Shown here: positions 9,959-18,579 of the stretch, piece by piece
Position numbering within the stretch: the first letter of the stretch is position 1
How the letters are laid out: each line of letters begins with the position of its first letter
Assembly (NCBI GenBank): GCA_002718655.1
Contig: PBFM01000006.1
Coordinates: 1-61,310 of the forward strand
Reading direction: 5' to 3'
DNA length: 61,310 bases
From: Fidelibacterota bacterium
GTDB lineage: Bacteria > Fidelibacterota > Marinisomatia > Marinisomatales > UBA1611
Made by a program: the position numbers and the translations under genes
Notes under the pieces: generated by a model
What the model was told of the DNA's origin: nothing
Databases searched by the model: none
Seen by the model: only the letters and a program-made list of their open reading frames with translations

Positions 9959-10303
9959 ATGTATTATCGCATATTTATCATATTACTGCTTTTTTCTTGC
10001 GCATCTAAATCAATACCAAAAATTTCTGTGGATCTTCCACCTACCAAAAACATGTCTCTTCAACCAATGGCTGAAACAGTTTATACATTAGGATATTTGT
10101 CAGAGTATGACATATGGGAATTCCTAAAAGGTAATCCTTCACAGAAAGATGTATTGGAAACATTTGGTTTTCCTGATTCAGTTTGGTTAGATGATCAAGA
10201 ATCAACTAAATATCTATATTATTACATTTCAAAAATTAGGGATTATAATACCATCGAGATTAGTGCTAAAACTGATAGTGTATCAGGTTTTGAATGGGAT
10301 TAA
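9959..10303 (+). CDS. Small hypothetical lipoprotein
   Basis: 114 aa. N-terminal MYYRIFIILLLFSCASKS has a lipobox-like LFSC. No recognisable domain. Confidence 0.45.
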   Translation: MYYRIFIILLLFSCASKSIPKISVDLPPTKNMSLQPMAETVYTLGYLSEYDIWEFLKGNPSQKDVLETFGFPDSVWLDDQESTKYLYYYISKIRDYNTIEISAKTDSVSGFEWD

Positions 10304-10318
10304 AGGGAAAATAAAGAA

Positions 10319-11398
10319 ATGAAACCATTAAACTATAGTGAATATTTGGGATTAGAGAATATCTTAAATAATCAAAAACTTAAAAGCGAAGAAAGGGGTT
10401 CTGCCGCACATGATGAGATGCTATTTATTATCATTCATCAAATTTACGAATTGTGGTTCAAACAAATTATCTATGAGCTAAATTCAATATTGAGAATTTT
10501 CAGTAAGGATTCTGTAATTGAATCCGATGTTAGTCTCGCTGTAATCAGATTGGATAGAATCATTGAAATCCAGAAAATTCTTATTGACCAAATAAGAGTT
10601 CTTGAAACCATGACAGCAATGGATTTCTTAGAATTCAGGGATGACCTTTTTCCTTCTTCAGGATTTCAAAGTTCTCAATTCAGAGAAATAGAAAATAAAT
10701 TGGGTCTCAAAATTGGCAATAGAATTAATTATGGAGGTAAAGACTACAAGAAAGTGATTTTAGATAAAGAGCAAAAAAAGGTTAAACGTTCAGAAGAAGA
10801 AAATTCTTTATTTGATCTACTTGAAAAATGGTTAGAAAGAACACCATTTTTATCTTTTGAAGGATTTGACTTTTGGGAACAATATAGTATTGCGGTTAAA
10901 AGAATCCTCAATAATGAAGAGCAAATTATAAGAAACAACCCTAATTATTCATTGGATGAGGTCAGTTATCATCTTAAAGAACATGAAAGAGCAGTATCTT
11001 CATTTGAAGCAATGATTAATCCTGAAAAGCACCTTGAATTAATCAAGAAAAATAAAAAACGTTTATCACACACTGCTACTCAAGCAGCGCTGCTAATTTT
11101 CCTTTATAGAGATGAGCCCATCCTTCATTCTCCATTCAACTTTTTATCTCGACTTATCGACGTTGATGAGTTACTCACTACTTGGAGGCAGAGGCATGCT
11201 CTAATGGTAAGAAGAATGATTGGAGCAAAGATAGGAACTGGTGGTTCATCAGGTCATGCATATCTAAAGGCTACAGCTGAGAATCACAAAATATTTTCTG
11301 AATTAGCAGATCTTTCAACTTTTTTCATTCAACGCTCTGCGCTTCCAAAATTACCTGAACATATAAAACGAAGCTTAGGATATCATTTTAAATTATGA
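10319..11398 (+). CDS. kynA: Tryptophan 2,3-dioxygenase
   Basis: 359 aa. Has YSEYLGLENILNNQ...HDEMLFIIIHQIYELWFKQ and C-terminal GTGGSSGHAYL, both typical of TDO. First gene of the kynurenine operon. Confidence 0.85.
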   Translation: MKPLNYSEYLGLENILNNQKLKSEERGSAAHDEMLFIIIHQIYELWFKQIIYELNSILRIFSKDSVIESDVSLAVIRLDRIIEIQKILIDQIRVLETMTAMDFLEFRDDLFPSSGFQSSQFREIENKLGLKIGNRINYGGKDYKKVILDKEQKKVKRSEEENSLFDLLEKWLERTPFLSFEGFDFWEQYSIAVKRILNNEEQIIRNNPNYSLDEVSYHLKEHERAVSSFEAMINPEKHLELIKKNKKRLSHTATQAALLIFLYRDEPILHSPFNFLSRLIDVDELLTTWRQRHALMVRRMIGAKIGTGGSSGHAYLKATAENHKIFSELADLSTFFIQRSALPKLPEHIKRSLGYHFKL

Positions 11399-12183
11399 AA
11401 TTTTCATTTGAGAATAAACGCGCCATAGTTTGCGGTGGTACTGATGGCATTGGAAAAGAAACTGCTCATATTTTAGCCAATCTTGGATGCGAAATTACTT
11501 TAGCAGCGCGTGATGTTAAAAAGTTGAATAACACGATATCAAATTTGGCAGATAATCACGGCCAATCTCATAATGTTATATGTGCAGATTTTAATAATGC
11601 AGAACAACTTGAGGAGAAAGTTCATTCACACTTGGAAAGTATTGGGAAAACTGTTGACATATTAATAAACAATTCAGGTGGGCCTCATGGGGGCCCAATT
11701 ATTCAGGCTAATGAAAATGAATTTCGCGTTGCTTTTGAACGACTACTTATAGCAAACCAAATTATGGCGAAAGCTGTTTTTCCTGGAATGAAAAAAAAAG
11801 GTTCTGGACGGATAATTAATATAATATCAACCTCAGTAAGACAGGTAATACCTGGCTTAGGTGTCTCCAATACCATTAGAGGAAGCGTGGCTCAATGGGG
11901 TAAAACGCTTGCACTAGAATTGGGTGAGTATGGAATCTGCGTTAATAATGTGTTGCCAGGATATACTGCAACTAGTAGACTAAAAGAATTAGCAAAAAAT
12001 AAGTCAAAATTATTAGGGATTAGCATTGATGAAGTTTATGCTCAATGGGAAAATAATACCTCACTAAGGCGCCTAGGAACTCCACAGGAGATTGCAAATA
12101 TAATAGTATTTTTGGCTTCTGATGCCTCTAGCTATGTTACTGGTCATAATTTTTCTGTTGATGGTGGCCGTTTTGGTGCCTGA
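11395..12183 (+). CDS. Atypical short-chain dehydrogenase/reductase family protein (catalytic Tyr/Lys positions substituted)
   Basis: Rossmann motif CGGTDGIGKE and NNSGG. By alignment from memory with E. coli FabG, the YxxxK position reads S-N-T-I-R (GVSNTIRGSVAQWGK). Start overlaps the kynA stop by 4 nt. Confidence 0.7.
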   Translation: MKFSFENKRAIVCGGTDGIGKETAHILANLGCEITLAARDVKKLNNTISNLADNHGQSHNVICADFNNAEQLEEKVHSHLESIGKTVDILINNSGGPHGGPIIQANENEFRVAFERLLIANQIMAKAVFPGMKKKGSGRIINIISTSVRQVIPGLGVSNTIRGSVAQWGKTLALELGEYGICVNNVLPGYTATSRLKELAKNKSKLLGISIDEVYAQWENNTSLRRLGTPQEIANIIVFLASDASSYVTGHNFSVDGGRFGA

Positions 12184-12272
12184 AATAAATTCTTTTAAAT
12201 AATGAATGATAATGGAGGGATTAAAGTCAATTTACACCAAAATTATGTTTGTTTTTTGCACCTAATAATCTT

Positions 12273-13718
12273 ATGAAGTTGATTCAAAACTATGTTAACG
12301 GGGAATATGTGAGTGGAACTTCAGCACATCGAATCGATTTATTTGATCCTGCAATAGGTCGTCCGTATGGCCAATTGATTGATTCAAGCATAAAGGATGT
12401 TAATGATGCAATAAACTCCTCCAAGATTGCGTTTCCACTATGGTCTTCAATGAAATTGAATAATAGAGCTAAATATCTAAATGCAATTGCAGATGAAATT
12501 GAATCTCGGGCAAATGAGTTTTCAGAAATCGAGTCAATGGATACCGGAAAGCCTATCTCCCTAGCAAATTCTTTAGATATACCAAGAGCAATTTCAAACT
12601 TTAGATTTTTTGCTGAGTATGCAAAAAAATTTGAATATATTTCAAATCTTAACGATGAAATTTCAAAAAATGAAATATCAAGAAATCCTCTTGGCGTAGT
12701 GTGTTGCATATCGCCTTGGAACCTGCCTCTTTATCTTTTTACATGGAAGATAGCCCCAGCATTGATTACGGGGAACACTGTTATAGCGAAACCATCTGAA
12801 ATCACTCCATATACTGCATACTTGCTTGGAGAAGTATGTACCAAGGTTGGATTACCCCCAGGAGTTTTGAATATCATACAAGGAAGAGGTTCAACTACTG
12901 GAGATTTCATTGTAAAAAATGAATTTATTAAAGCAATTTCATTTACCGGTGGAAGTGAAACTGGAAAGACCATTTATAAAAATGCATCCAACACATTTAA
13001 AAAATTATCCTTAGAGATGGGAGGTAAAAACCCTGCAATAATATTCCAAGACTGCGATTATAATGACACACTAGATTCAATTACTAGGTCCTCATTTCTT
13101 AATCAGGGTCAGATATGTTTATGCAGTTCCCGTCTTTTAATAGAAGAATCAATATATGATCGATTCAAAAAGGATTTCTGTGATAGAGTATCAAATTTAA
13201 AAATTGGAGACCCAATGGAGCTTGATACTCAATTTGGAGCAATATCATCTGAAGAACATTTTACCAAAATAAATAATTATATTAAATTGGCAAAAGATGA
13301 AGGGGCAAATATTCTGACTGGAGGGATAGTTGAAAGATTAAATGGAAGATGCGCTGATGGATGGTTCATAAGGCCAACTGTATTAGAAGGGTTAAGTAAT
13401 TCTTCAAGATTGAATCAGGAAGAGATTTTTGGCCCAGTTGTTACATTACAATCTTTTAATTCAGAATCAAACGCAATTAAGATGGCCAACGATACTGTCT
13501 ACGGTTTATCTGCAACGATATGGACCAAGGATAATAAAAAGGGGAAAAAAATATCAAGAAAAATTGATGCTGGAGTAATTTGGGTCAATTGTTGGTTGGT
13601 TAGAAATCTAAACACACCATTTGGTGGAATGAAACAATCTGGATTAGGACGTGAGGGTGGTAATGATGCAATCCAATTTTTTACTGAACAAAAGAATATC
13701 TGTTTATCAACAAGGTGA
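12273..13718 (+). CDS. nbaE: Aldehyde dehydrogenase, probably 2-aminomuconic semialdehyde dehydrogenase
   Basis: ALDH motifs SLEMGGKNPAIIF and catalytic-Cys region NQGQICLCSSR. Operon context with ACMSD and a RidA-type deaminase. I prefer ATG 12273 (MKLIQNYVNGEYV) to the track's TTG at 12249. Confidence 0.75.
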   Translation: MKLIQNYVNGEYVSGTSAHRIDLFDPAIGRPYGQLIDSSIKDVNDAINSSKIAFPLWSSMKLNNRAKYLNAIADEIESRANEFSEIESMDTGKPISLANSLDIPRAISNFRFFAEYAKKFEYISNLNDEISKNEISRNPLGVVCCISPWNLPLYLFTWKIAPALITGNTVIAKPSEITPYTAYLLGEVCTKVGLPPGVLNIIQGRGSTTGDFIVKNEFIKAISFTGGSETGKTIYKNASNTFKKLSLEMGGKNPAIIFQDCDYNDTLDSITRSSFLNQGQICLCSSRLLIEESIYDRFKKDFCDRVSNLKIGDPMELDTQFGAISSEEHFTKINNYIKLAKDEGANILTGGIVERLNGRCADGWFIRPTVLEGLSNSSRLNQEEIFGPVVTLQSFNSESNAIKMANDTVYGLSATIWTKDNKKGKKISRKIDAGVIWVNCWLVRNLNTPFGGMKQSGLGREGGNDAIQFFTEQKNICLSTR

Positions 13719-14074
13719 GTATAAAATACCAAAAACACATTTTTATATGCATAAATGAACGCTCTGTTCAAAATCCAAGAGGTGATTGTTTTAGGTGTGG
13801 CGGAATGGATGTAAGAATGAGGTTTGTCCAGCTAATTAATCAAAACGGATTAAAAGGTAAGGTACGTGCAAATAAAAGTGGATGCTTGGATGCCTGTGAA
13901 TTAGGTCCCGTAATTGTTATATATCCAGATAATATTTGGTATGCTAAGGTAAGAGTTGAGGATGTTGATGAGATTTTTAAGACATCTATTTTAAATAATG
14001 GAATTGTTGATAGACTGCATGTAAAAAAAGATACATGGTATTCACAAAAAAAAATGAGAGAATCAAAAAAATGA
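13715..14074 (+). CDS. Thioredoxin-like [2Fe-2S] ferredoxin
   Basis: 119 aa, GTG start inside a GTGA overlap. Cys pattern C-x12-C...C-x3-C (FICINER...GDCFRC...SGCLDACELGP) and PVIVIYPDNIWY, typical of thioredoxin-like ferredoxins. Confidence 0.7.
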   Translation: MSIKYQKHIFICINERSVQNPRGDCFRCGGMDVRMRFVQLINQNGLKGKVRANKSGCLDACELGPVIVIYPDNIWYAKVRVEDVDEIFKTSILNNGIVDRLHVKKDTWYSQKKMRESKK

Positions 14075-14484
14075 GTGACGTGATAAATGCAACTAATGCA
14101 CCCATTCCTGTTGGGAAATATCCTCATGCTAGGAAGGTTGGCAATTTACTTTTTTTATCTGGTGTTGGACCAAGAAAGCCTGGAACAAACACAATCCCAG
14201 GAGTTATGATGGACGGACAAGGTAACGTAATTGGACACGATATCGAGGCACAGTGTCACTCGGTTTTTGAAAATGTGAAAATTATTTTAGATGAATCAGG
14301 TAGTAGTTGGGATAATCTGGTGGATATAACTGTGTTTTTGACAAATATGAAAAGAGACTTTGATATTTTTAACAAGATCTATGGTGATTATTTTATCAAT
14401 AATCAACCTTGTAGGACAACTTTAGAGGTAAGATCTCTTCCTACACCAATCGCCATCGAATTGAAATGTATAGCAACAGTTTGA
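14071..14484 (+). CDS. nbaF: RidA/YjgF family deaminase, probably 2-aminomuconate deaminase
   Basis: MSDVINATNAPIPVGKYPHARKVGNLLFLSGVGPR... is RidA-like. ATG 14071 forms an ATGA overlap with the ferredoxin stop; the track's start at 14035 is an upstream extension. Confidence 0.7.
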   Translation: MSDVINATNAPIPVGKYPHARKVGNLLFLSGVGPRKPGTNTIPGVMMDGQGNVIGHDIEAQCHSVFENVKIILDESGSSWDNLVDITVFLTNMKRDFDIFNKIYGDYFINNQPCRTTLEVRSLPTPIAIELKCIATV

Positions 14485-14486
14485 GA

Positions 14487-15005
14487 ATGATGAGATTATC
14501 ACCGCCTATAGATTTTATGAAGTGGATAGATAATAATCGCCATTTACTTAAGCCTCCAGTTGGAAACAAAATCATCTATGAGGATGGGGATTTTATGATT
14601 ATGGTAATAGGAGGGCCTAATTCAAGAAAAGATTATCATGTGGATCCGGTTGAAGAATTCTTTTATCAATTGGAAGGAGATATGGTTTTGAAAATAATTG
14701 AAGATGGTAAGCGGGTTGACATACCAATCAAACAAGGTGAAATATTTTTACTTCCAAAGAAAGTACCTCATTCTCCTCAAAGAAATGATAATACAGTAGG
14801 ACTAGTTATCGAATATAAAAGAGATGAGGGAGAGTTAGATTATTTTCAATGGTACTGCGATAATTGTGATGCTTTACTTCATGAGATTAGTCTTGATCTC
14901 GAGGATATTGTTTCTCAACTGCCTCCACTCTTTAAAAAATATTGGGACGATTTAGCTTTGAGGACATGTGATCAATGTGGTGCAATCCAAGATCCACCAG
15001 AATAA
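14487..15005 (+). CDS. nbaC: 3-hydroxyanthranilate 3,4-dioxygenase
   Basis: Cupin with DYHVDPVEEFFYQLEGDM and VPHSPQR. C-terminal rubredoxin-like CDNCD...CDQCG site. ATG 14487 lies 2 nt after the RidA stop; the track's start at 14466 overlaps RidA. Confidence 0.85.
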   Translation: MMRLSPPIDFMKWIDNNRHLLKPPVGNKIIYEDGDFMIMVIGGPNSRKDYHVDPVEEFFYQLEGDMVLKIIEDGKRVDIPIKQGEIFLLPKKVPHSPQRNDNTVGLVIEYKRDEGELDYFQWYCDNCDALLHEISLDLEDIVSQLPPLFKKYWDDLALRTCDQCGAIQDPPE

Positions 15006-15012
15006 TATAATT

Positions 15013-16020
15013 TTGAAAATCGACATACACACACACATTTTACCAAAAACATGGCCAGATCTTGAGAAGAAATTTGGCTACGGAGGATGGATCAGTTTAG
15101 AGCACCATACCAAAGACTATGCCAAAATGATGAAAAATAATGAATGTTTCAGGATAATTGAATGTAATTGTTGGGATCCAGTAACTCGGATTAATGAATG
15201 TGATGAAAACAGTGTTGATTTACAGGTTCTTTCAACAGTCCCAGCAATGTTTAATTATTGGGCGAAACCAGATCATACATTATTTGTCTCAAAAATAATT
15301 AATGACCATATTGCAAAGTTAGTTGATGACTATCCAAAAAGGTTCCTTGGTTTGGGGACAATACCGATGCAGGATGGTAAACTAGCAATAAAAGAGTTAG
15401 AAAGATGTATCAAAGACTTAGGTATCTCTGGTGTTCAAATAGGCTCAAACATAAATGGTGTGAACCTTAGTGATGAATCTATTTTTCAAGTATTTGAAGC
15501 AGCCGAAGATCTTGGTGCGTCAATATTCATACACCCTTGGGATATAATGGGGAGAAATGAAACAAAAAAGTACTGGCTACCATGGCTAGTTGGTATGCCT
15601 GCTGAAACTAGTAGAGCAATTTGTTCAATGATTTTTGGTGGAGTATTTGAAAGATTACCTAATCTAAGGGTCGCTTTTGCGCATGGTGGCGGAGCATTTC
15701 CTGCGACAATTGGAAGAATACAACATGGATTTGATGTAAGACCTGATCTTTGTGCAATTGATAATGATACCCCTCCCATCGATTATTTAGGAAAATTCTG
15801 GGTAGACTCATTAGTTCACGATATTGAAATCCTTGATTATATAATCAAAAAAATAGGTGATGAAAAAATTGTTTTAGGCTCGGACTATCCATTTCCACTT
15901 GGTGAAGATAACCCTGGAATTATGATAAAAAACTCTAATCTTCCAGAAATAACAAAAGAAAAGATTTTTCATAAGAATGCATTGGACTGGTTAGGAATTG
16001 AACACAATTCGTCAGAATGA
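15013..16020 (+). CDS. nbaD: 2-amino-3-carboxymuconate-6-semialdehyde decarboxylase (ACMSD)
   Basis: KIDIHTHILPKTWPDL, FAHGGGAFP and GSDYPFPLGE motifs. An in-frame TTG at 15013 gives the canonical MKIDIHTH N-terminus and avoids the 38-nt overlap implied by ATG 14968. Confidence 0.85.
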   Translation: MKIDIHTHILPKTWPDLEKKFGYGGWISLEHHTKDYAKMMKNNECFRIIECNCWDPVTRINECDENSVDLQVLSTVPAMFNYWAKPDHTLFVSKIINDHIAKLVDDYPKRFLGLGTIPMQDGKLAIKELERCIKDLGISGVQIGSNINGVNLSDESIFQVFEAAEDLGASIFIHPWDIMGRNETKKYWLPWLVGMPAETSRAICSMIFGGVFERLPNLRVAFAHGGGAFPATIGRIQHGFDVRPDLCAIDNDTPPIDYLGKFWVDSLVHDIEILDYIIKKIGDEKIVLGSDYPFPLGEDNPGIMIKNSNLPEITKEKIFHKNALDWLGIEHNSSE

Positions 16021-17264
16021 TACATAATAAATCAAGAACTTATGCAGAGTTGATGGATCAAAGAGATAGTCTAAATGGATACCGTAATCTATTTAATTAT
16101 CCAAAAAATAATACTGGTGACCCCTTGATATATTTCTGTGGCAATTCTCTAGGACTGCAACCAAAAGCAGCATTTTCACAAATAAAAAAAGAATTCTCTG
16201 TTTGGTCAAATAAAGGCGTTTTAGGGCAGGATAGCAGATGGATTCCTTACCACGAGAGAATGACCAAGACTTCTGCAAAATTAGTTGGTGCAAAAGAAAC
16301 TGAAGTTGTTGTAATGAATGCATTAACTGTGAATATTCATTTATTACTAATATCATTTTATCAGCCTAGTAAAAAAAGACATAAAGTAATAATGGAGAAA
16401 GATGCTTTTCCATCCGATCAATATGCGATAAAAAGCCAGGTTGAATTACATGGCTATGATCCCAAAAATTCAATTATTGAAATCTCACCAAGGGATAAAG
16501 AGAAAATAATCAGAGAAAAAGATATTATTAGTTCAATTATTGAAAATAGAGATGAACTAGCACTGATATATATTGGGGGTGTTAATTATTATACTGGACA
16601 AGTATTTAATATGGAAAAAATATCTAAGGTAGCTAAGGAAAATAATATTACAATCGGTTTCAACCTTGCTCATGCAGCCGGGAATATTCCACTTTCTTTA
16701 CATGACTGGGAGGTTGATTTTTCATCATGGTGTACTTATAAGTATCTATGCGGTGGTCCAGGTTCACCTGCAGGAACTTTCATACATGAAAATCACCATG
16801 ATTGGAAAGGACCTAGATTAACAGGTTGGTGGGGACATAACAAAAAATCAAGATTTGAAATGCCTTCATCATTCGATCCAATACCTACATCTGAAGCATG
16901 GCAGATAAGTAATGCTCCAATTATGGGCATGGCTCCATTAATTGTTGCAATGGATATGTTTGACAAGGTTGGAATGGATAATATCCGTGAAAAAAGTATT
17001 CAATTAACCTCCTATTTGCAGTATTTAATTGAATGTTTTCTACCCTCCGTTAAAATCATTACACCAGATTCTAGAGGCTGTCAGTTATCAATTATTGTTC
17101 CAAACGGGAGAAAAATTTTCAATTTTCTCAATCAAAATGATGTGGTGTGTGATTGGAGAAATCCTGATGTGATTCGCGTTGCACCACATCCCCTATTCAA
17201 TACCTATGTTGAGGTTTATGAATTTATACAAATAATGAAAAAAGCAATTGAACAAGAAACATAA
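16017..17264 (+). CDS. kynU: Kynureninase
   Basis: 415 aa. FCGNSLGLQPK, PLP-Lys region WCTYKYLCGGPGS, RLTGWWGH. ATGA overlap with the ACMSD stop. Confidence 0.9.
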   Translation: MIHNKSRTYAELMDQRDSLNGYRNLFNYPKNNTGDPLIYFCGNSLGLQPKAAFSQIKKEFSVWSNKGVLGQDSRWIPYHERMTKTSAKLVGAKETEVVVMNALTVNIHLLLISFYQPSKKRHKVIMEKDAFPSDQYAIKSQVELHGYDPKNSIIEISPRDKEKIIREKDIISSIIENRDELALIYIGGVNYYTGQVFNMEKISKVAKENNITIGFNLAHAAGNIPLSLHDWEVDFSSWCTYKYLCGGPGSPAGTFIHENHHDWKGPRLTGWWGHNKKSRFEMPSSFDPIPTSEAWQISNAPIMGMAPLIVAMDMFDKVGMDNIREKSIQLTSYLQYLIECFLPSVKIITPDSRGCQLSIIVPNGRKIFNFLNQNDVVCDWRNPDVIRVAPHPLFNTYVEVYEFIQIMKKAIEQET

Positions 17265-18579
17265 AATTACAATCATAGGTTCTGGTTTAGCTGGACCATT
17301 GATGGCATCATATTTATCACAGAGAGGTTATGAAGTAAACATTTATGAGAAACGTCAAGATATGCGTATTCATAAACAATCTGCTGGGCGTTCAATAAAT
17401 CTCGCACTTTCGAAAAGAGGTATAGATTCCTTAAAGGATATTGGCTTGTATGATAAGGTTCGGTCAAAGATGTTACCAATGGCTGGGCGTATGATACATG
17501 ATATTGATGGTAAACAACACATGCAAAGATATGGTCAAAAAAATAATGAGGTTATTTACTCCATATCTAGATCATTTCTGAATAAAGTTCTCATTGACCA
17601 TGCTGAAAGCAAACCTAATGTTCAAATATTTTTCAATCAAAAATTGATTGAAGTTGAACTAAATAAATCTAAACTAATTTTTAATGAGGAAAGAAAAATT
17701 GTACCTTTTGAAATATTATTTGGGAGTGATGGATCTGCATCACCAGTAAGAAATTCAATGGAGGAAATTTCTTCAATAAATTTTAGAAAAATTCCACTTG
17801 ATCACGGATACAAAGAAATAAACATGCCACCAGATCTGGCAGGGAATTATCGTATGAATCCCAATGCATTGCATATATGGCCAAGAGGAAATTTCATGTT
17901 GATTGCACTACCAAACACTGACCATAGTTTTACATGTACTTTATTTTTTCCAATGCTAGGTGAATTAAGTTTTTCTTCAATAGATTCAGAAAATAAAATT
18001 ATAGAATTTTTCAAAATGCAATTTCCTGACATTATCGAAATGTTACCTAATCTTGTAGAAGATTATAAAAACAATCCTACAGGCAAACTTGCAACAGTAT
18101 ATTGTGATAAATGGAATTACAAAGGTAAGGCTCTAATATTTGGTGATGCAGCCCACGCAATAGTACCATTTTTTGGACAAGGCATGAATGCTTCTTTTCA
18201 AGATTGTAAAGTAATTGATCAAATGATTGAAAAGTATGAAGGGGACTGGAATGAGGTTTTCTCAAACTTTACCAAGAACCACAAACCTAATGGGCATGCG
18301 ATTGCTAATATGGCACTTGAGAATTATATAGAAATGAGAGGCTTGGTTAATGATGAAGGCTATATCAAAAAAAGGGAACTTGAGCTTAAACTTGAACTAG
18401 AATTTCCAAATAGATTTTTACCTAGATATTCTATGGTCTCATTTCATTCCTTACCTTATTCGGAGGTCTACAAAAGGGGAGAGATACAATCGAAATTAAT
18501 GGATGAATTCTTAGCGGGAAAAATCAATCAACAAGAATTGAAAGGCAAAATATTAAAAAAATTGGAAACCATTCTTTGA
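17248..18579 (+). CDS. kmo: Kynurenine 3-monooxygenase
   Basis: FAD fold KITIIGSGLAGPLMASYLSQRGYEVNIYEKR and FGDAAHAIVPFFGQGMN. TTG start overlapping the kynU end. Confidence 0.85.
   Translation: MNKKHKITIIGSGLAGPLMASYLSQRGYEVNIYEKRQDMRIHKQSAGRSINLALSKRGIDSLKDIGLYDKVRSKMLPMAGRMIHDIDGKQHMQRYGQKNNEVIYSISRSFLNKVLIDHAESKPNVQIFFNQKLIEVELNKSKLIFNEERKIVPFEILFGSDGSASPVRNSMEEISSINFRKIPLDHGYKEINMPPDLAGNYRMNPNALHIWPRGNFMLIALPNTDHSFTCTLFFPMLGELSFSSIDSENKIIEFFKMQFPDIIEMLPNLVEDYKNNPTGKLATVYCDKWNYKGKALIFGDAAHAIVPFFGQGMNASFQDCKVIDQMIEKYEGDWNEVFSNFTKNHKPNGHAIANMALENYIEMRGLVNDEGYIKKRELELKLELEFPNRFLPRYSMVSFHSLPYSEVYKRGEIQSKLMDEFLAGKINQQELKGKILKKLETIL

Noticed and set aside
12290-12973. Minus-strand ORFs (12290..12709, 12731..12973) within the aldehyde dehydrogenase gene
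   Set aside because: Antisense to a CDS with canonical ALDH motifs. No independent signals.
14968-15012. ATG 14968 as ACMSD start, and 14035 / 14466 / 12249 / 42158 / 51895 as starts of their genes
   Set aside because: Each creates an overlap with the upstream gene and adds a non-conserved N-terminal extension. Downstream in-frame starts give canonical N-termini and the 4-nt coupling junctions typical of this window.
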